Program-made: the position numbers and the translations under genes
Notes under the pieces: generated by a model
Databases searched by the model: none
Told to the model about the DNA's origin: nothing
What the model saw: only the letters and a program-made list of their open reading frames with translations
Shown: piece by piece, positions 53,309-62,136 of the stretch
Position numbering within the stretch: the first letter of the stretch is position 1
Layout: every line of letters begins with the position of its first letter
Origin: Oscillospiraceae bacterium
Lineage (GTDB): Bacteria; Bacillota; Clostridia; Oscillospirales; Ruminococcaceae
DNA length: 64,000 bases
Direction of reading: 5' to 3'
NCBI GenBank assembly: GCA_032059445.1
Contig: DAMCAP010000005.1
Coordinates: 36,227-100,226, forward strand

Positions 53309-54547
53309 ATGAAGTATGTAATTAACAATATTAAGCTCGAAACAGGGTTTGTTACCCACAAGACAGGCCTACAGATCGTGCCCGAAATGACTGTGACCAA
53401 AACAGGGGTTTTTAATCTATTGATTGAAGACGGTGTAATCAAAACAATCGTTGACAGCAACACCGAGCTCAAAGCCGAGGGCTGCCGCAGATATGATGCC
53501 AAGGGCTTGCTGGCCATGCCATCTTATACCGAGAAGCACTGCCATATCGACAAGACCTATTACGGCGAAGCGTGGAGAGCTGTTACAGCACCGAGGGATA
53601 TTCTCTCGATCGTAGAGAGTGAAGCAGAGCTGTACCCCACCTTTGAGAGCACCGTATGCCAGCGTGCGAAGCGCTTGATCGACAACTTCATTAAGCTGGG
53701 AAGCACCACCATTCGTACCCATATGGATATAGTAAAGGGCAAAAAGCTTGGTAACCTTGAGCAGGTGCAAGAGGCCTTTGCTAGCTATGGCAGCTTTGTC
53801 GATGGTGAGATTGTTGCATTCCCTCAGCATGGGCTGCTACGCAGTGATTCTGCCGAGGCGGTGTCGGAGGCTCTACGAAATGGAGCTACTTATCTGGGTG
53901 GAGTGGATCCAGAGCTGATTGACAAGGATAGAGAGCGATCGCTGCGCCAGACCTTTGAGATTGCAGCGAAGCACAATGTAAACATCGATTACCATCTCCA
54001 CGAGTCGGGGGAAATCGGTCTTGCCAGCTTCCACAGCATGGTCAAGCTGATCGAGGAATATAAGTGGCACAATCGTGTCGAAATCAGCCATGGGTTCTTT
54101 TTAAGTGACCTGCAAGGGGGTCAAAAGGAAGAGGTCGCTGGCCTCATGAAGCACTATGGGATCAATCTGATCAGTCAGGTACCGGTAAACGGCAAGTGCC
54201 CAGATTTTATCTACTTTGATAAGCATGGCATCAAGACTGCCTTTGGTATCGACTGCCTCAACGACAGCTGGTGGCCCTATGGCACAGGCAGCGTTCTGGA
54301 GAAGCTCGGGATCTTTGGTCAGATCAACGGCATACGCCGTGAAACAGAGCTGGCAGATGCCCTCAAATACATCACTGGCTATGTGACACCCTTAGATAAA
54401 GAGGGAAATATGCAGTGGCCAAAGCAGGGGGATAAGGCGAATTTCTTACTGGTAGATGCTGAGTGCACTGCACACGTAGTAGGTCGCCGACTGCCCAATA
54501 AGTGCGTAATCCACAACGGCAATATTGCATATGGATCTATTGAGTAG
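53309..54547 (+). CDS. amidohydrolase-family protein (cytosine deaminase-like)
   Basis: 412 aa with H-x-H in TEKHCHIDKTY and a later YHLHE metal ligand. Confidence 0.65.
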   Translation: MKYVINNIKLETGFVTHKTGLQIVPEMTVTKTGVFNLLIEDGVIKTIVDSNTELKAEGCRRYDAKGLLAMPSYTEKHCHIDKTYYGEAWRAVTAPRDILSIVESEAELYPTFESTVCQRAKRLIDNFIKLGSTTIRTHMDIVKGKKLGNLEQVQEAFASYGSFVDGEIVAFPQHGLLRSDSAEAVSEALRNGATYLGGVDPELIDKDRERSLRQTFEIAAKHNVNIDYHLHESGEIGLASFHSMVKLIEEYKWHNRVEISHGFFLSDLQGGQKEEVAGLMKHYGINLISQVPVNGKCPDFIYFDKHGIKTAFGIDCLNDSWWPYGTGSVLEKLGIFGQINGIRRETELADALKYITGYVTPLDKEGNMQWPKQGDKANFLLVDAECTAHVVGRRLPNKCVIHNGNIAYGSIE

Positions 54548-54730
54548 AGAGCGTAGCAAAGTTTAGTAAAGATGGTTTTTTTTAATTCACTGGATGTTGC
54601 TTTGCTAGCTGGGAGTGCAATAAGATAATTGCACTAGTAAGCTACGAGAGTGGTTGTGCGGGCTCTACGAGCAAATGCTCTCCAGATGCTACCGACATAC
54701 TTAACAACCTATAGCTTAATCATATCAAGC

Positions 54731-54764
54731 AAAGCGCCCGCCTTATATCAAAGGCAGGCGCTTT
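54731..54764. terminator. bidirectional terminator between the convergent genes
   Basis: AAAGCGCCCGCCTT-ATATCA-AAGGCAGGCGCTTT. Confidence 0.65.
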
Positions 54765-54795
54765 ATGTATTGATAGAGATTTACTTTGAGCTAAT

Positions 54796-55692
54796 TTACA
54801 GCAGTTGAGCTTTTGTGAGGATTGCATCGATGTCCTTTTTAGCCGCTTCCGAGCATTCCAGCAGAGGCTTGCGGACAAAGCAGCCCTTGAGCCCTAGCTT
54901 ATTCATGGCATATTTAAGCCCCGGTACGCCATATTTACCGGTAACGGCTGCGTTGACAGGGAACATCCGCTTATAGAGCTCCAGTGCATCCTGCCAGCGG
55001 CCTGACTCTACTAGGGTCTGTACTTCGATACACTCCTTGGGGGAGCAGTTTGCCAGTGCCATGATAGCCGATTTGACTCCGATTGCCTGCGCAGGGTACC
55101 ATGCAGAGGCTGTGCCAACGATCAGATTAAACTGAGGATCTAAACCCTTGGTGATAAAGGATACCAGCTGCGCGATATCGCCGGAGCTGTCTTTCATACC
55201 GATGATGTTGGGGTGCTTAGAGAGGATTGACACGGCGGCGGGCGAAATGTTGATATGGGTAAACTTGGTCACGTTATAGATTAGTATAGGGATGTCGCAA
55301 CGGTCAGCTACCTCGGTGAAATATGCGATTTGCGCCTCTTCATTCATATTGGAGCCGTAGTAGTTGGGGGTAAGTAGGAGGGCACAGTGGGCACCTAGCT
55401 TTGCCGCTTTGTTGGTTAGGCGGATGGTCTCCTCGGTGGATTCCAAGCCTGTACCAAACATGATGATTTTATCCTTGGCGGCATGCTGCACCGCCAGACG
55501 GATCAGTTCAAGCTTTTCTTCTTCGTTTAAAAAGGGAGTTTCGCTGTTGGAGCCCAGCACCAGATACCCTGCTAGTGCGGTGGTGTTGTAGTAGTGGATG
55601 TTTTGGACAAATGCATCATAATCAACCGAGCCGTCTGCCTGAAAGGGTGTCGCCATGGGTGGGATTACGCCTTTGATTTCAAAATACGCCAT
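54796..55692 (-). CDS. dihydrodipicolinate synthase / N-acetylneuraminate lyase family (class I aldolase)
   Basis: Start at MAYFEIKGVIPPMATPF after AGGAGG. DapA-family architecture, with the presumed Schiff-base Lys in NIIGMKDSSG. Confidence 0.75.
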   Translation of the reverse strand: MAYFEIKGVIPPMATPFQADGSVDYDAFVQNIHYYNTTALAGYLVLGSNSETPFLNEEEKLELIRLAVQHAAKDKIIMFGTGLESTEETIRLTNKAAKLGAHCALLLTPNYYGSNMNEEAQIAYFTEVADRCDIPILIYNVTKFTHINISPAAVSILSKHPNIIGMKDSSGDIAQLVSFITKGLDPQFNLIVGTASAWYPAQAIGVKSAIMALANCSPKECIEVQTLVESGRWQDALELYKRMFPVNAAVTGKYGVPGLKYAMNKLGLKGCFVRKPLLECSEAAKKDIDAILTKAQLL

Positions 55693-55722
55693 GTTACAAA
55701 ACCTCCTTATGATGTTAATTTC

Positions 55723-55751
55723 ATTATAATGGATCGCCATGGGATTTGCAA
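55723..55751 (-). promoter_or_regulatory. promoter of the DapA-family gene
   Basis: Minus strand reads TTGCAA-17 nt-TATAAT. Confidence 0.55.
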
Positions 55752-55767
55752 GAAAGTTTGCCCTGAT

Positions 55768-55805
55768 AACAAAAGCCCGATCTGCGATATACAGACCGGG
55801 CTTTT
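55768..55805 (-). terminator. terminator after the P-type ATPase gene
   Basis: Minus strand reads AAAGCCCGGTCTG-loop-CAGATCGGGCTTT followed by TGTTATC. Confidence 0.65.
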
Positions 55806-55859
55806 AGGATATTTATGGGGGTTACTTAGTAGATGATTAGGGGAATCTTTATTGGAGAC

Positions 55860-58523
55860 TTAAGCCGCTTTCTTTGCAGCTCTACTGATTTTGCGGTTGA
55901 CGCCCAGCAGTAGCTCGTGGAAGACTAGAGGTGTGGCGCTGATGCAGATGATCTCTAGCCACTGACGTAGGCTCAGAGAAACTGTTTCAAACATAGTTAC
56001 CAGGAAGGGTACTTCTGTAACAGCGATTTGCAGGCCAAAGCCTATTATAATCGCTAGCAGCATGGTTTTATTTTTAAAGGGGTTAGAGCGGAATACGCTG
56101 GTCTTGACATCGCGCATGCCGATGGCGTGGAAGAGCTGGCTGACTGCCAGAGTGGAGAAGGCATAGGTCTGTGCGGCAGAGAGTAAGGAGCTGTTGAGTG
56201 CATCGACGATACCCCTGTAGGTGATTGCCTGACCCTGAGCCAGCAGGTGATTAATGGGCACATAGAGGAAGGCGCCGAGGGTTAGTAGAGCGATCAAGGT
56301 ACCGTAGAAGATCGTCAGGAACATGCCGCCCTCTGCAAAGAGGCTTGCTTTAGGGTCACGGGGCTGTTCTTTCATGATGCCGGCGGGCTTATCGTCGCTA
56401 CCCAGTGCCAGAGCAGGTAGGGAGTCGGTGATCAGGTTGACCCACAAGATGTGGATGGACTTTAGCGGAGCTGCCAAACCGATGGTGATAGCGGCAAACA
56501 TCGAGATAACCTCACCTAAGTTGGAAGAAAGGAGGAAGACCACTGTCTTTTTGATGTTGGCGTAGATACCACGGCCTTCTTCGATGGCTTTTTCGATGCT
56601 GGAGAAGTTGTCGTCTACCAGTACCATATCAGCTGCACCCTTAGCAACGTCGGTACCAGTAATACCCATGGCTACGCCGATATCGGCTGCCTTGAGGCTG
56701 GGGGCGTCGTTGACGCCGTCGCCCGTCATGCTGACGATTGCTCCATCTGACTTAAAGGCGTTGACAATTCGCACCTTATGAGCAGGGGATACACGGGCAA
56801 ATACGCAGGCTTTTTTGGCTGCACGGTTTAACTGCTCCTGGCTCATAGTGTCGAGCTGGGCGCCGCTGATACATTGATCCTTGCTGGTGGCGATGCCAAG
56901 CTCCTTAGCAATCGCAAAGGCGGTATCGATATGGTCGCCTGTGATCATGACAGTCTTGACACCCGCTGAGCGGAAGTTTGCTACCGACTGCTTGGCTTCG
57001 GGGCGGGCGGGGTCGATCATACCCATCAAGCCCACGAAGATCATACCCTGCTCAGTGATCTTGTCTTCGTTATATTTCACACCCAGTGCCAGCACACGCA
57101 GAGCGTTTGCCGACATAGCTTCGTTGGCTTTTTTGATAGCCTGTATATGCTCCTCAGTGATGGGGAGGATCTGGTGCTGCATCAGGATATGAGAGCATCT
57201 TGCCAGCAATATATCGGGAGCACCCTTGGTATAGCTGATGCTGCGGTCGGTATCTTGATGCTTGGTGGTCATCAGCTTACGCTCCGAGTCAAAGCTCAGC
57301 TCATCGATACGAGGTAGCATCTTCTCAAGCTCAAAGCGGTGAAGATTGTTTTTGATGCCGATATCGATCAGAGCAAGCTCGGTGGGGTCACCGATACGGT
57401 CGCTACCTTCTACAGAAGCATCGTTACAGAGTACCATACCCTCTAGCAGGGTGTTGTAGTCGGCTGTCATGTTTTCTTCTGCTTCGGTAAGGATGCTGTT
57501 TGCATAGCATTTGACGACGGTCATTTTATTTTGGGTCAAGGTACCGGTCTTGTCGCTACATACTACGCTGACCGAGCCGAGGGTCTCGACTGCAGGTAGC
57601 TTCTTGACGATGGAGTTAACCTTAACCATCTTTTGCACGCCAATGGCGAGTACGATGGTAACCACCGCAGGCAGGCCCTCAGGTACGGCAGCTACTGCCA
57701 GTGAAATTGCTGTGATCAGCATCTCTACAATGTAGCGCTTCTGAAGGATAGCGATGCCAAAGAGGGCTACGCAGATCACTATTGCGATGATACCCAGTAG
57801 TTTGCCCAGATCAGCTAAGCGCTTTTGGAGGGGAGTCAGGGAATCCTCTTCGCTTTCTAGCATAGCGGCAATCTGGCCTAATTCGGTTTCGGAGCCTGTG
57901 GCAACTACTACACCCTCGCCACGACCGTAGCTTACGCTAGTGCCCATATAGAGGGAGTTAATGCGATCGCCGATGGTCAGCTCTTTATCACTGATAAAAT
58001 GGGCATCCTTTTCGACTGGTACGCTTTCGCCAGTGAGGGCTGATTCCTCAACCTTGAGGTTTTGGCTTTCGGTTAGTCGCAGGTCAGCGGGGATGATCCT
58101 GCCAGCCTCTAATAGGACGATATCGCCTTTGACCAGCTTTGCTGCAGGTAGCTCGATCGGCTTGCCGTCACGCCGTACAAGAGCTGTGGGGCTCGACATT
58201 TTTTTGAGTGCGTCTAGCGCCTTTTGCGCCTTACCTTCCTGGATGACGCCGACGACAGCGTTAATCAGGATGACGATTGCAATGATCAGAGCGTCGCTGT
58301 ATTCTTTCAAAAAAACAGATACACCGGCCGCTGCCATCAAAATGTAAATCATGGGCTCATTGAGCTGTGAAAGAAACATCTCAAGGTAGGTAGGCGGCTT
58401 TTTGGTTTTAAGGGTGTTCTCGCCGTCGCGAAGAAGCCTTTCCTGCGCTTGAGCCGAGCTAAGACCCTTAGGGCTACTGCCCGTCTCTTCCATTGCCTGC
58501 TGCGGTGTTTTGTTGTAAAACAT
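55860..58523 (-). CDS. cation-transporting P-type ATPase (P2-type, Ca2+/Mn2+-like)
   Basis: Start at MFYNKTPQQAMEE after AAGGAGAG. Motifs CSDKTGTLTQN, TGDH, GDGVNDAPSL and TM4 PEGLP. Confidence 0.9.
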   Translation of the reverse strand: MFYNKTPQQAMEETGSSPKGLSSAQAQERLLRDGENTLKTKKPPTYLEMFLSQLNEPMIYILMAAAGVSVFLKEYSDALIIAIVILINAVVGVIQEGKAQKALDALKKMSSPTALVRRDGKPIELPAAKLVKGDIVLLEAGRIIPADLRLTESQNLKVEESALTGESVPVEKDAHFISDKELTIGDRINSLYMGTSVSYGRGEGVVVATGSETELGQIAAMLESEEDSLTPLQKRLADLGKLLGIIAIVICVALFGIAILQKRYIVEMLITAISLAVAAVPEGLPAVVTIVLAIGVQKMVKVNSIVKKLPAVETLGSVSVVCSDKTGTLTQNKMTVVKCYANSILTEAEENMTADYNTLLEGMVLCNDASVEGSDRIGDPTELALIDIGIKNNLHRFELEKMLPRIDELSFDSERKLMTTKHQDTDRSISYTKGAPDILLARCSHILMQHQILPITEEHIQAIKKANEAMSANALRVLALGVKYNEDKITEQGMIFVGLMGMIDPARPEAKQSVANFRSAGVKTVMITGDHIDTAFAIAKELGIATSKDQCISGAQLDTMSQEQLNRAAKKACVFARVSPAHKVRIVNAFKSDGAIVSMTGDGVNDAPSLKAADIGVAMGITGTDVAKGAADMVLVDDNFSSIEKAIEEGRGIYANIKKTVVFLLSSNLGEVISMFAAITIGLAAPLKSIHILWVNLITDSLPALALGSDDKPAGIMKEQPRDPKASLFAEGGMFLTIFYGTLIALLTLGAFLYVPINHLLAQGQAITYRGIVDALNSSLLSAAQTYAFSTLAVSQLFHAIGMRDVKTSVFRSNPFKNKTMLLAIIIGFGLQIAVTEVPFLVTMFETVSLSLRQWLEIICISATPLVFHELLLGVNRKISRAAKKAA

Positions 58524-58558
58524 GGTAACTCTCCTTTTATTATGATGCTTAGGGAAAT

Positions 58559-58600
58559 AAAAAAAGACTCCTAACACAAGAATACCTTGTGTTAAAAGTC
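58559..58600 (-). terminator. leader terminator upstream of the P-type ATPase
   Basis: Minus strand has a 15 bp stem GACUUUUAACACAAG/CUUGUGUUAGGAGUC followed by UUUUUUU, 35 nt before the start codon. Confidence 0.8.
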
Positions 58601-58685
58601 TTGTCACCTAAACGGAATTTACGCCAGTAGATATAGAAATATCTTACGATTGTTGACGTAAATTTTAAAACTACTCCCTAATAAC
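58591..58685 (-). promoter_or_regulatory. yybP-ykoY (Mn2+) riboswitch-like aptamer
   Basis: The minus-strand 5' side reads UUAGGGAGUAG (consensus GGGGAGUAG). An internal CGUCAACAAUCGUAAG resembles L. lactis CGUCAAUUCGUGAG. The 3' side reads GUUUAGGUGACAAGACU (consensus GUUUAGCAAGACC). A helix UUUACGUCA/UGGCGUAAA is also present. Class assignment is from memory of the consensus. Confidence 0.55.
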
Positions 58686-58691
58686 AGCTTT

Positions 58692-58720
58692 ATTATAGTA
58701 TGCTTTGGGTGCAAAGTCAA
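58692..58720 (-). promoter_or_regulatory. promoter of the riboswitch/ATPase transcript
   Basis: Minus strand reads TTGACT-17 nt-TATAAT, ending about 7 nt before the aptamer. Confidence 0.65.
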
Positions 58721-58775
58721 GAGGGGAGGCTGGATTTTTTAATTTTTGGGAATATATAGGTAAAAACCCGAATAC

Positions 58776-59390
58776 TTAAGTTTCATTTGCAGCAATATGC
58801 CATAGGTAGAGAGAGGCGACCGAGCCATAGGGAGAGTAAAGGGCGCGGTATACCTCAAATTCCTTTTTGCTCAGCTTCTCCAGACCATATAGTCGCATGA
58901 TCCCACGGCGGATGGCAAGATCACCCCAGCTAAGGATGTCGGGGCGCAGGAGGGTAAAGAGCATCAGCATTTCTGCCGTCCACACCCCGATGCCGGGCAG
59001 AGAAGAGAGGGCTGCGATGACTTCTTTATCCTCCATCTGCTCAAAGCGCTCGAAGTCGATGGTCTTATCAAGAACTGCTTGGGTGATATTTAAGATATTT
59101 TGGGCTTTGCGGTTACTCATACCGCATTTTTGGATCTCCTCAAGGCTTAAGGCCATGACGCTTTGAGGGTTGATCCCTCCTGTAAGCGCATCAAGCCGAT
59201 TGGTAACCGTCACAGCCGCTTTGCTAGAGATCTGCTGGGCAATGATACTACGGATCAGCGAAGGATAAGGGGAGGGGTGGATTTCACGTTGGAGCTTGCC
59301 GATAGAAGCGATTGCTTGACCTAAGATAGGATCGGCATTGCTAAGATATAGTATTTCTGTTTCTCCATAGGGGTAGCAGTTATTTTGCAT
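58776..59390 (-). CDS. DNA-3-methyladenine glycosylase II family (AlkA-like, HhH-GPD)
   Basis: Start at MQNNCYPYG. HhH motif LSSLPGIGVWTAEMLM and catalytic Asp in SWGDLAIRRG. Confidence 0.8.
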   Translation of the reverse strand: MQNNCYPYGETEILYLSNADPILGQAIASIGKLQREIHPSPYPSLIRSIIAQQISSKAAVTVTNRLDALTGGINPQSVMALSLEEIQKCGMSNRKAQNILNITQAVLDKTIDFERFEQMEDKEVIAALSSLPGIGVWTAEMLMLFTLLRPDILSWGDLAIRRGIMRLYGLEKLSKKEFEVYRALYSPYGSVASLYLWHIAANET

Positions 59391-59847
59391 GTCGTTTCTC
59401 CAGCTCCAGCAGTTGGATTTTGATATCAAGCCCGCCGCCATAGCCTACCAGCTTGCCGTCGGCACCGATAATGCGATGGCAGGGGATGACAATGGGGATG
59501 GGGTTGCGGTTATTAGCCTGCCCTACACTGCGGCAGCCCTTGGGATTGCCCACCTTGTGGGCAATATCTTTATAGGTGGCGGTAGTACCGTAGGGTACGG
59601 TACAAAGCTGCCGCCACACTGCTTGCATATAGGGAGTACCAATGGGATTTAGGGGTAGATCAAAGTTTTTGAGCTCCCCCTTGAAGTAAAGCTTAAGCTG
59701 GTGGATGGCTTCTTTGATCAGCGGGGTTTCCTCTACCGAGAGCTTTGGGTCTATTGTTTCATTTCCAAAATAAATATGGGTAATGCTCTCCTCTTCTTGG
59801 GCGATGGTAAGCATGCCAATAGGAGATAGATAGCTAAATACAGGCAT
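59380..59847 (-). CDS. ogt: methylated-DNA--protein-cysteine methyltransferase
   Basis: Active site IPCHRIIG. Start at MPVFSYL after AAAGGAG. It overlaps the alkA-like start. Confidence 0.85.
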   Translation of the reverse strand: MPVFSYLSPIGMLTIAQEEESITHIYFGNETIDPKLSVEETPLIKEAIHQLKLYFKGELKNFDLPLNPIGTPYMQAVWRQLCTVPYGTTATYKDIAHKVGNPKGCRSVGQANNRNPIPIVIPCHRIIGADGKLVGYGGGLDIKIQLLELEKRHAK

Positions 59848-60048
59848 AGAGGCTCCTTTCATGATCGTGTTGTAGTGATCTGTATTGCGGGCGGCGCTTC
59901 ACAGGTGCCAAGGGCTAGTCCTCATTTACAGCATGTGAGCGACGCTTTGTATCATAAGGCGAGGCAAATTTGGTTAGTTGTATCTTAGCAAATCTCATAG
60001 GTCATGTCAATGCGGATCAGGTTAATGTAATTGTATGATGGATTAAAG

Positions 60049-60077
60049 GAAAACTGCCGCAAGAGAGCCTGCGGCAG
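60049..60077 (-). terminator. terminator after buk
   Basis: Minus strand reads CTGCCGC-AGGCTCTCTT-GCGGCAG followed by TTTTCC. Confidence 0.6.
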
Positions 60078-60098
60078 CCGATGTATAGGATTTAATAC

Positions 60099-61175
60099 TT
60101 AAAACTCGCTGTCGGTATACTCCTGCCAAGGCTCCTCACCTTTGAGTATGCGAAGCCCGCCAAGAGCAAGGGATTGCATTTCGTTTTCACCGGGGATAAT
60201 CTTAACAGCTGCAATGAAGCTTACCCGCTGGGCAATCAGCCCAGTCAGCAGCTTGGAGTTGGCAACGCCACCAGTCATTACAATTGCATCGATAGGTGAG
60301 CCGCTTGCCACCGACATTTCGGCAATGGATTTGGAGATTTGATAAGCCATGGCCTCGTATACTTCTTTTGCGCGATCATCACCTTGTGCAATCCGTTCCT
60401 CCACCTCGCGGCAGTCGTGGGTACCGAGCAGCGCCTTTAAGCCACCACCGCCCCGCACCTTTTTGAGCATCTGGGCCTTGGTATAGGCTCCTGAGTAGCA
60501 AAGCTCAATAAGGCTGGTGGCAGGGATGCTGCCAGAGCGCTCGGGGGCAAAGCAACCGAAGTCGTCGCTGGTTGAGTCGATGATCCGACCTTTGCAGTGG
60601 GCACTGACAGAAATACCGCCTCCCAGGTGTACCATTACAAGGTTAAGATCCTCATAGGGCTTACCTACTGTTTCGGCATATTTACGGGCAATTGCCTTAG
60701 AGTTAAGTACGTGGCAGAAGCTATTGCGCACTACCTCGGGCATACCGGTCACTCGAGCGATGGGGTGAAACTCATCGGAGGTGACCGCATCGTAGATGTA
60801 AGCGGGGATGCCCAATGGCTCTGCTATAGAGTAGGCAATCATTGCACCCAGATTGGATGCATGCTGCATTGCGGGCTTATGGGTCAAGCGCTCCACCATT
60901 GAGCGGTTGACTCGATAGCCTCCTGCATTGACGGGAGGGAGCAGACCACCTCTGCCGATCACAGCCGAGAAATCTGATAGCTGAAACCCACGCTCCTCTA
61001 TGAGCCCGATGATTGTCGCTCTACGCATATCATACTGCTGGGCAATGGTGTCAAACTGCTCAAGCGCCTTTGGAGAATAGCTAATATTCTCGCAAAGCAG
61101 CTCTGTTTCATCTCGATAGACAGCTACCTTGGTAGAGGTGGAGCCGGGATTGATGATTAATGTGGTATAGCTCAT
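60099..61175 (-). CDS. buk: butyrate (short/branched-chain acyl) kinase
   Basis: Start at MSYTTLIINPGSTSTKVAVY after GGAGTG. Acetate/butyrate kinase fold, 358 aa. Confidence 0.85.
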   Translation of the reverse strand: MSYTTLIINPGSTSTKVAVYRDETELLCENISYSPKALEQFDTIAQQYDMRRATIIGLIEERGFQLSDFSAVIGRGGLLPPVNAGGYRVNRSMVERLTHKPAMQHASNLGAMIAYSIAEPLGIPAYIYDAVTSDEFHPIARVTGMPEVVRNSFCHVLNSKAIARKYAETVGKPYEDLNLVMVHLGGGISVSAHCKGRIIDSTSDDFGCFAPERSGSIPATSLIELCYSGAYTKAQMLKKVRGGGGLKALLGTHDCREVEERIAQGDDRAKEVYEAMAYQISKSIAEMSVASGSPIDAIVMTGGVANSKLLTGLIAQRVSFIAAVKIIPGENEMQSLALGGLRILKGEEPWQEYTDSEF

Positions 61176-61273
61176 AGGTTCACTCCAATTCTTATTGTTG
61201 TGGATCAAAATGCAGGGGAATAGTGCTTGAGAGAAATGAATCTATAACCTTGGCGTTAATCGACAAGGGGTAT

Positions 61274-61338
61274 TGCACCCTTCGGGGCTGTGTAGTACAG
61301 CGGGCTGAAGGGAAACAGCCGAGTACCCGAAGGGTGCA
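61274..61338. other. 65 nt three-way-junction-forming element (unknown function)
   Basis: 13 bp outer stem TGCACCCTTCGGG/CCCGAAGGGTGCA encloses two 5 bp hairpins (GCTGT/ACAGC and GGCTG/CAGCC). No U-tract on either strand. Confidence 0.5.
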
Positions 61339-61485
61339 GGAGGTATGGTGATTTGATTATGGATTGCGTAACGCTTACCATTATGGCATCGACGTACTTA
61401 TCATATGGGTTAAATCTGATTACTGCCTAAATGCTGATCACACCAATTCAATTCCGGTGGGGAAATGTAAAAATGCTCTCTTGTC

Positions 61486-62055
61486 TTATACCAGTGACAT
61501 ACCGATATCAAAGGCTTTTTTATTAAGCTCAGCAAAGGCGGGTTTAACGTTATCTTCGATGACTTTATGCCAATTTACTTCCTCAAGGCCCATCAGCTTG
61601 ACAGTTGCGCCTAGGAGGATTACGTTCATTACCTTTGAGTTACCGAGCTTCTCAGCTTCATCTGCTGCATTGATGACGGTGGTCGGTGTAGCAGCAGCTA
61701 ACTGCTCTAAGATATCCTCAGGGTAGGCACCTGCCTTGGAGATCAGAGGCATAGGCGAGATTTTATAATCATTTACAATGACATGCCCCTGTGGCTTTAG
61801 ATACTCCAGCCATCTGAGAGCTTCCATCTGCTCGAAGCTTACTAGGATATCTGCTCCTCCAAGCTCTATTACAGGAGAGTAGACCTTATGGCCATAACGC
61901 ACCTGCGAAGATACCGAGCCACCTCTCTGGCTCATTCCATGGATTTCACTCATCTTTACATCGTAGCCGGCCTCCATCAGACCGGTGGTGAGCAGCTTGC
62001 TGGCGAGGATCGTACCCTGACCGCCTACACCTACCAATAATATACTTTTGGTCAT
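61486..62055 (-). CDS. iorB: indolepyruvate:ferredoxin oxidoreductase subunit beta
   Basis: 189 aa, ILLVGVGGQGTILASKLL..., a 2-oxoacid:Fd oxidoreductase gamma-like domain directly after iorA. Confidence 0.8.
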   Translation of the reverse strand: MTKSILLVGVGGQGTILASKLLTTGLMEAGYDVKMSEIHGMSQRGGSVSSQVRYGHKVYSPVIELGGADILVSFEQMEALRWLEYLKPQGHVIVNDYKISPMPLISKAGAYPEDILEQLAAATPTTVINAADEAEKLGNSKVMNVILLGATVKLMGLEEVNWHKVIEDNVKPAFAELNKKAFDIGMSLV

Positions 62056-62136
62056 ATTGTGCTCCTATCTGCCGAAAACGGCGTGTATTACAGTCTTTTT
62101 GATGCCGCGAAGGGCTTTTAAACGCAAAAGTTAGGC

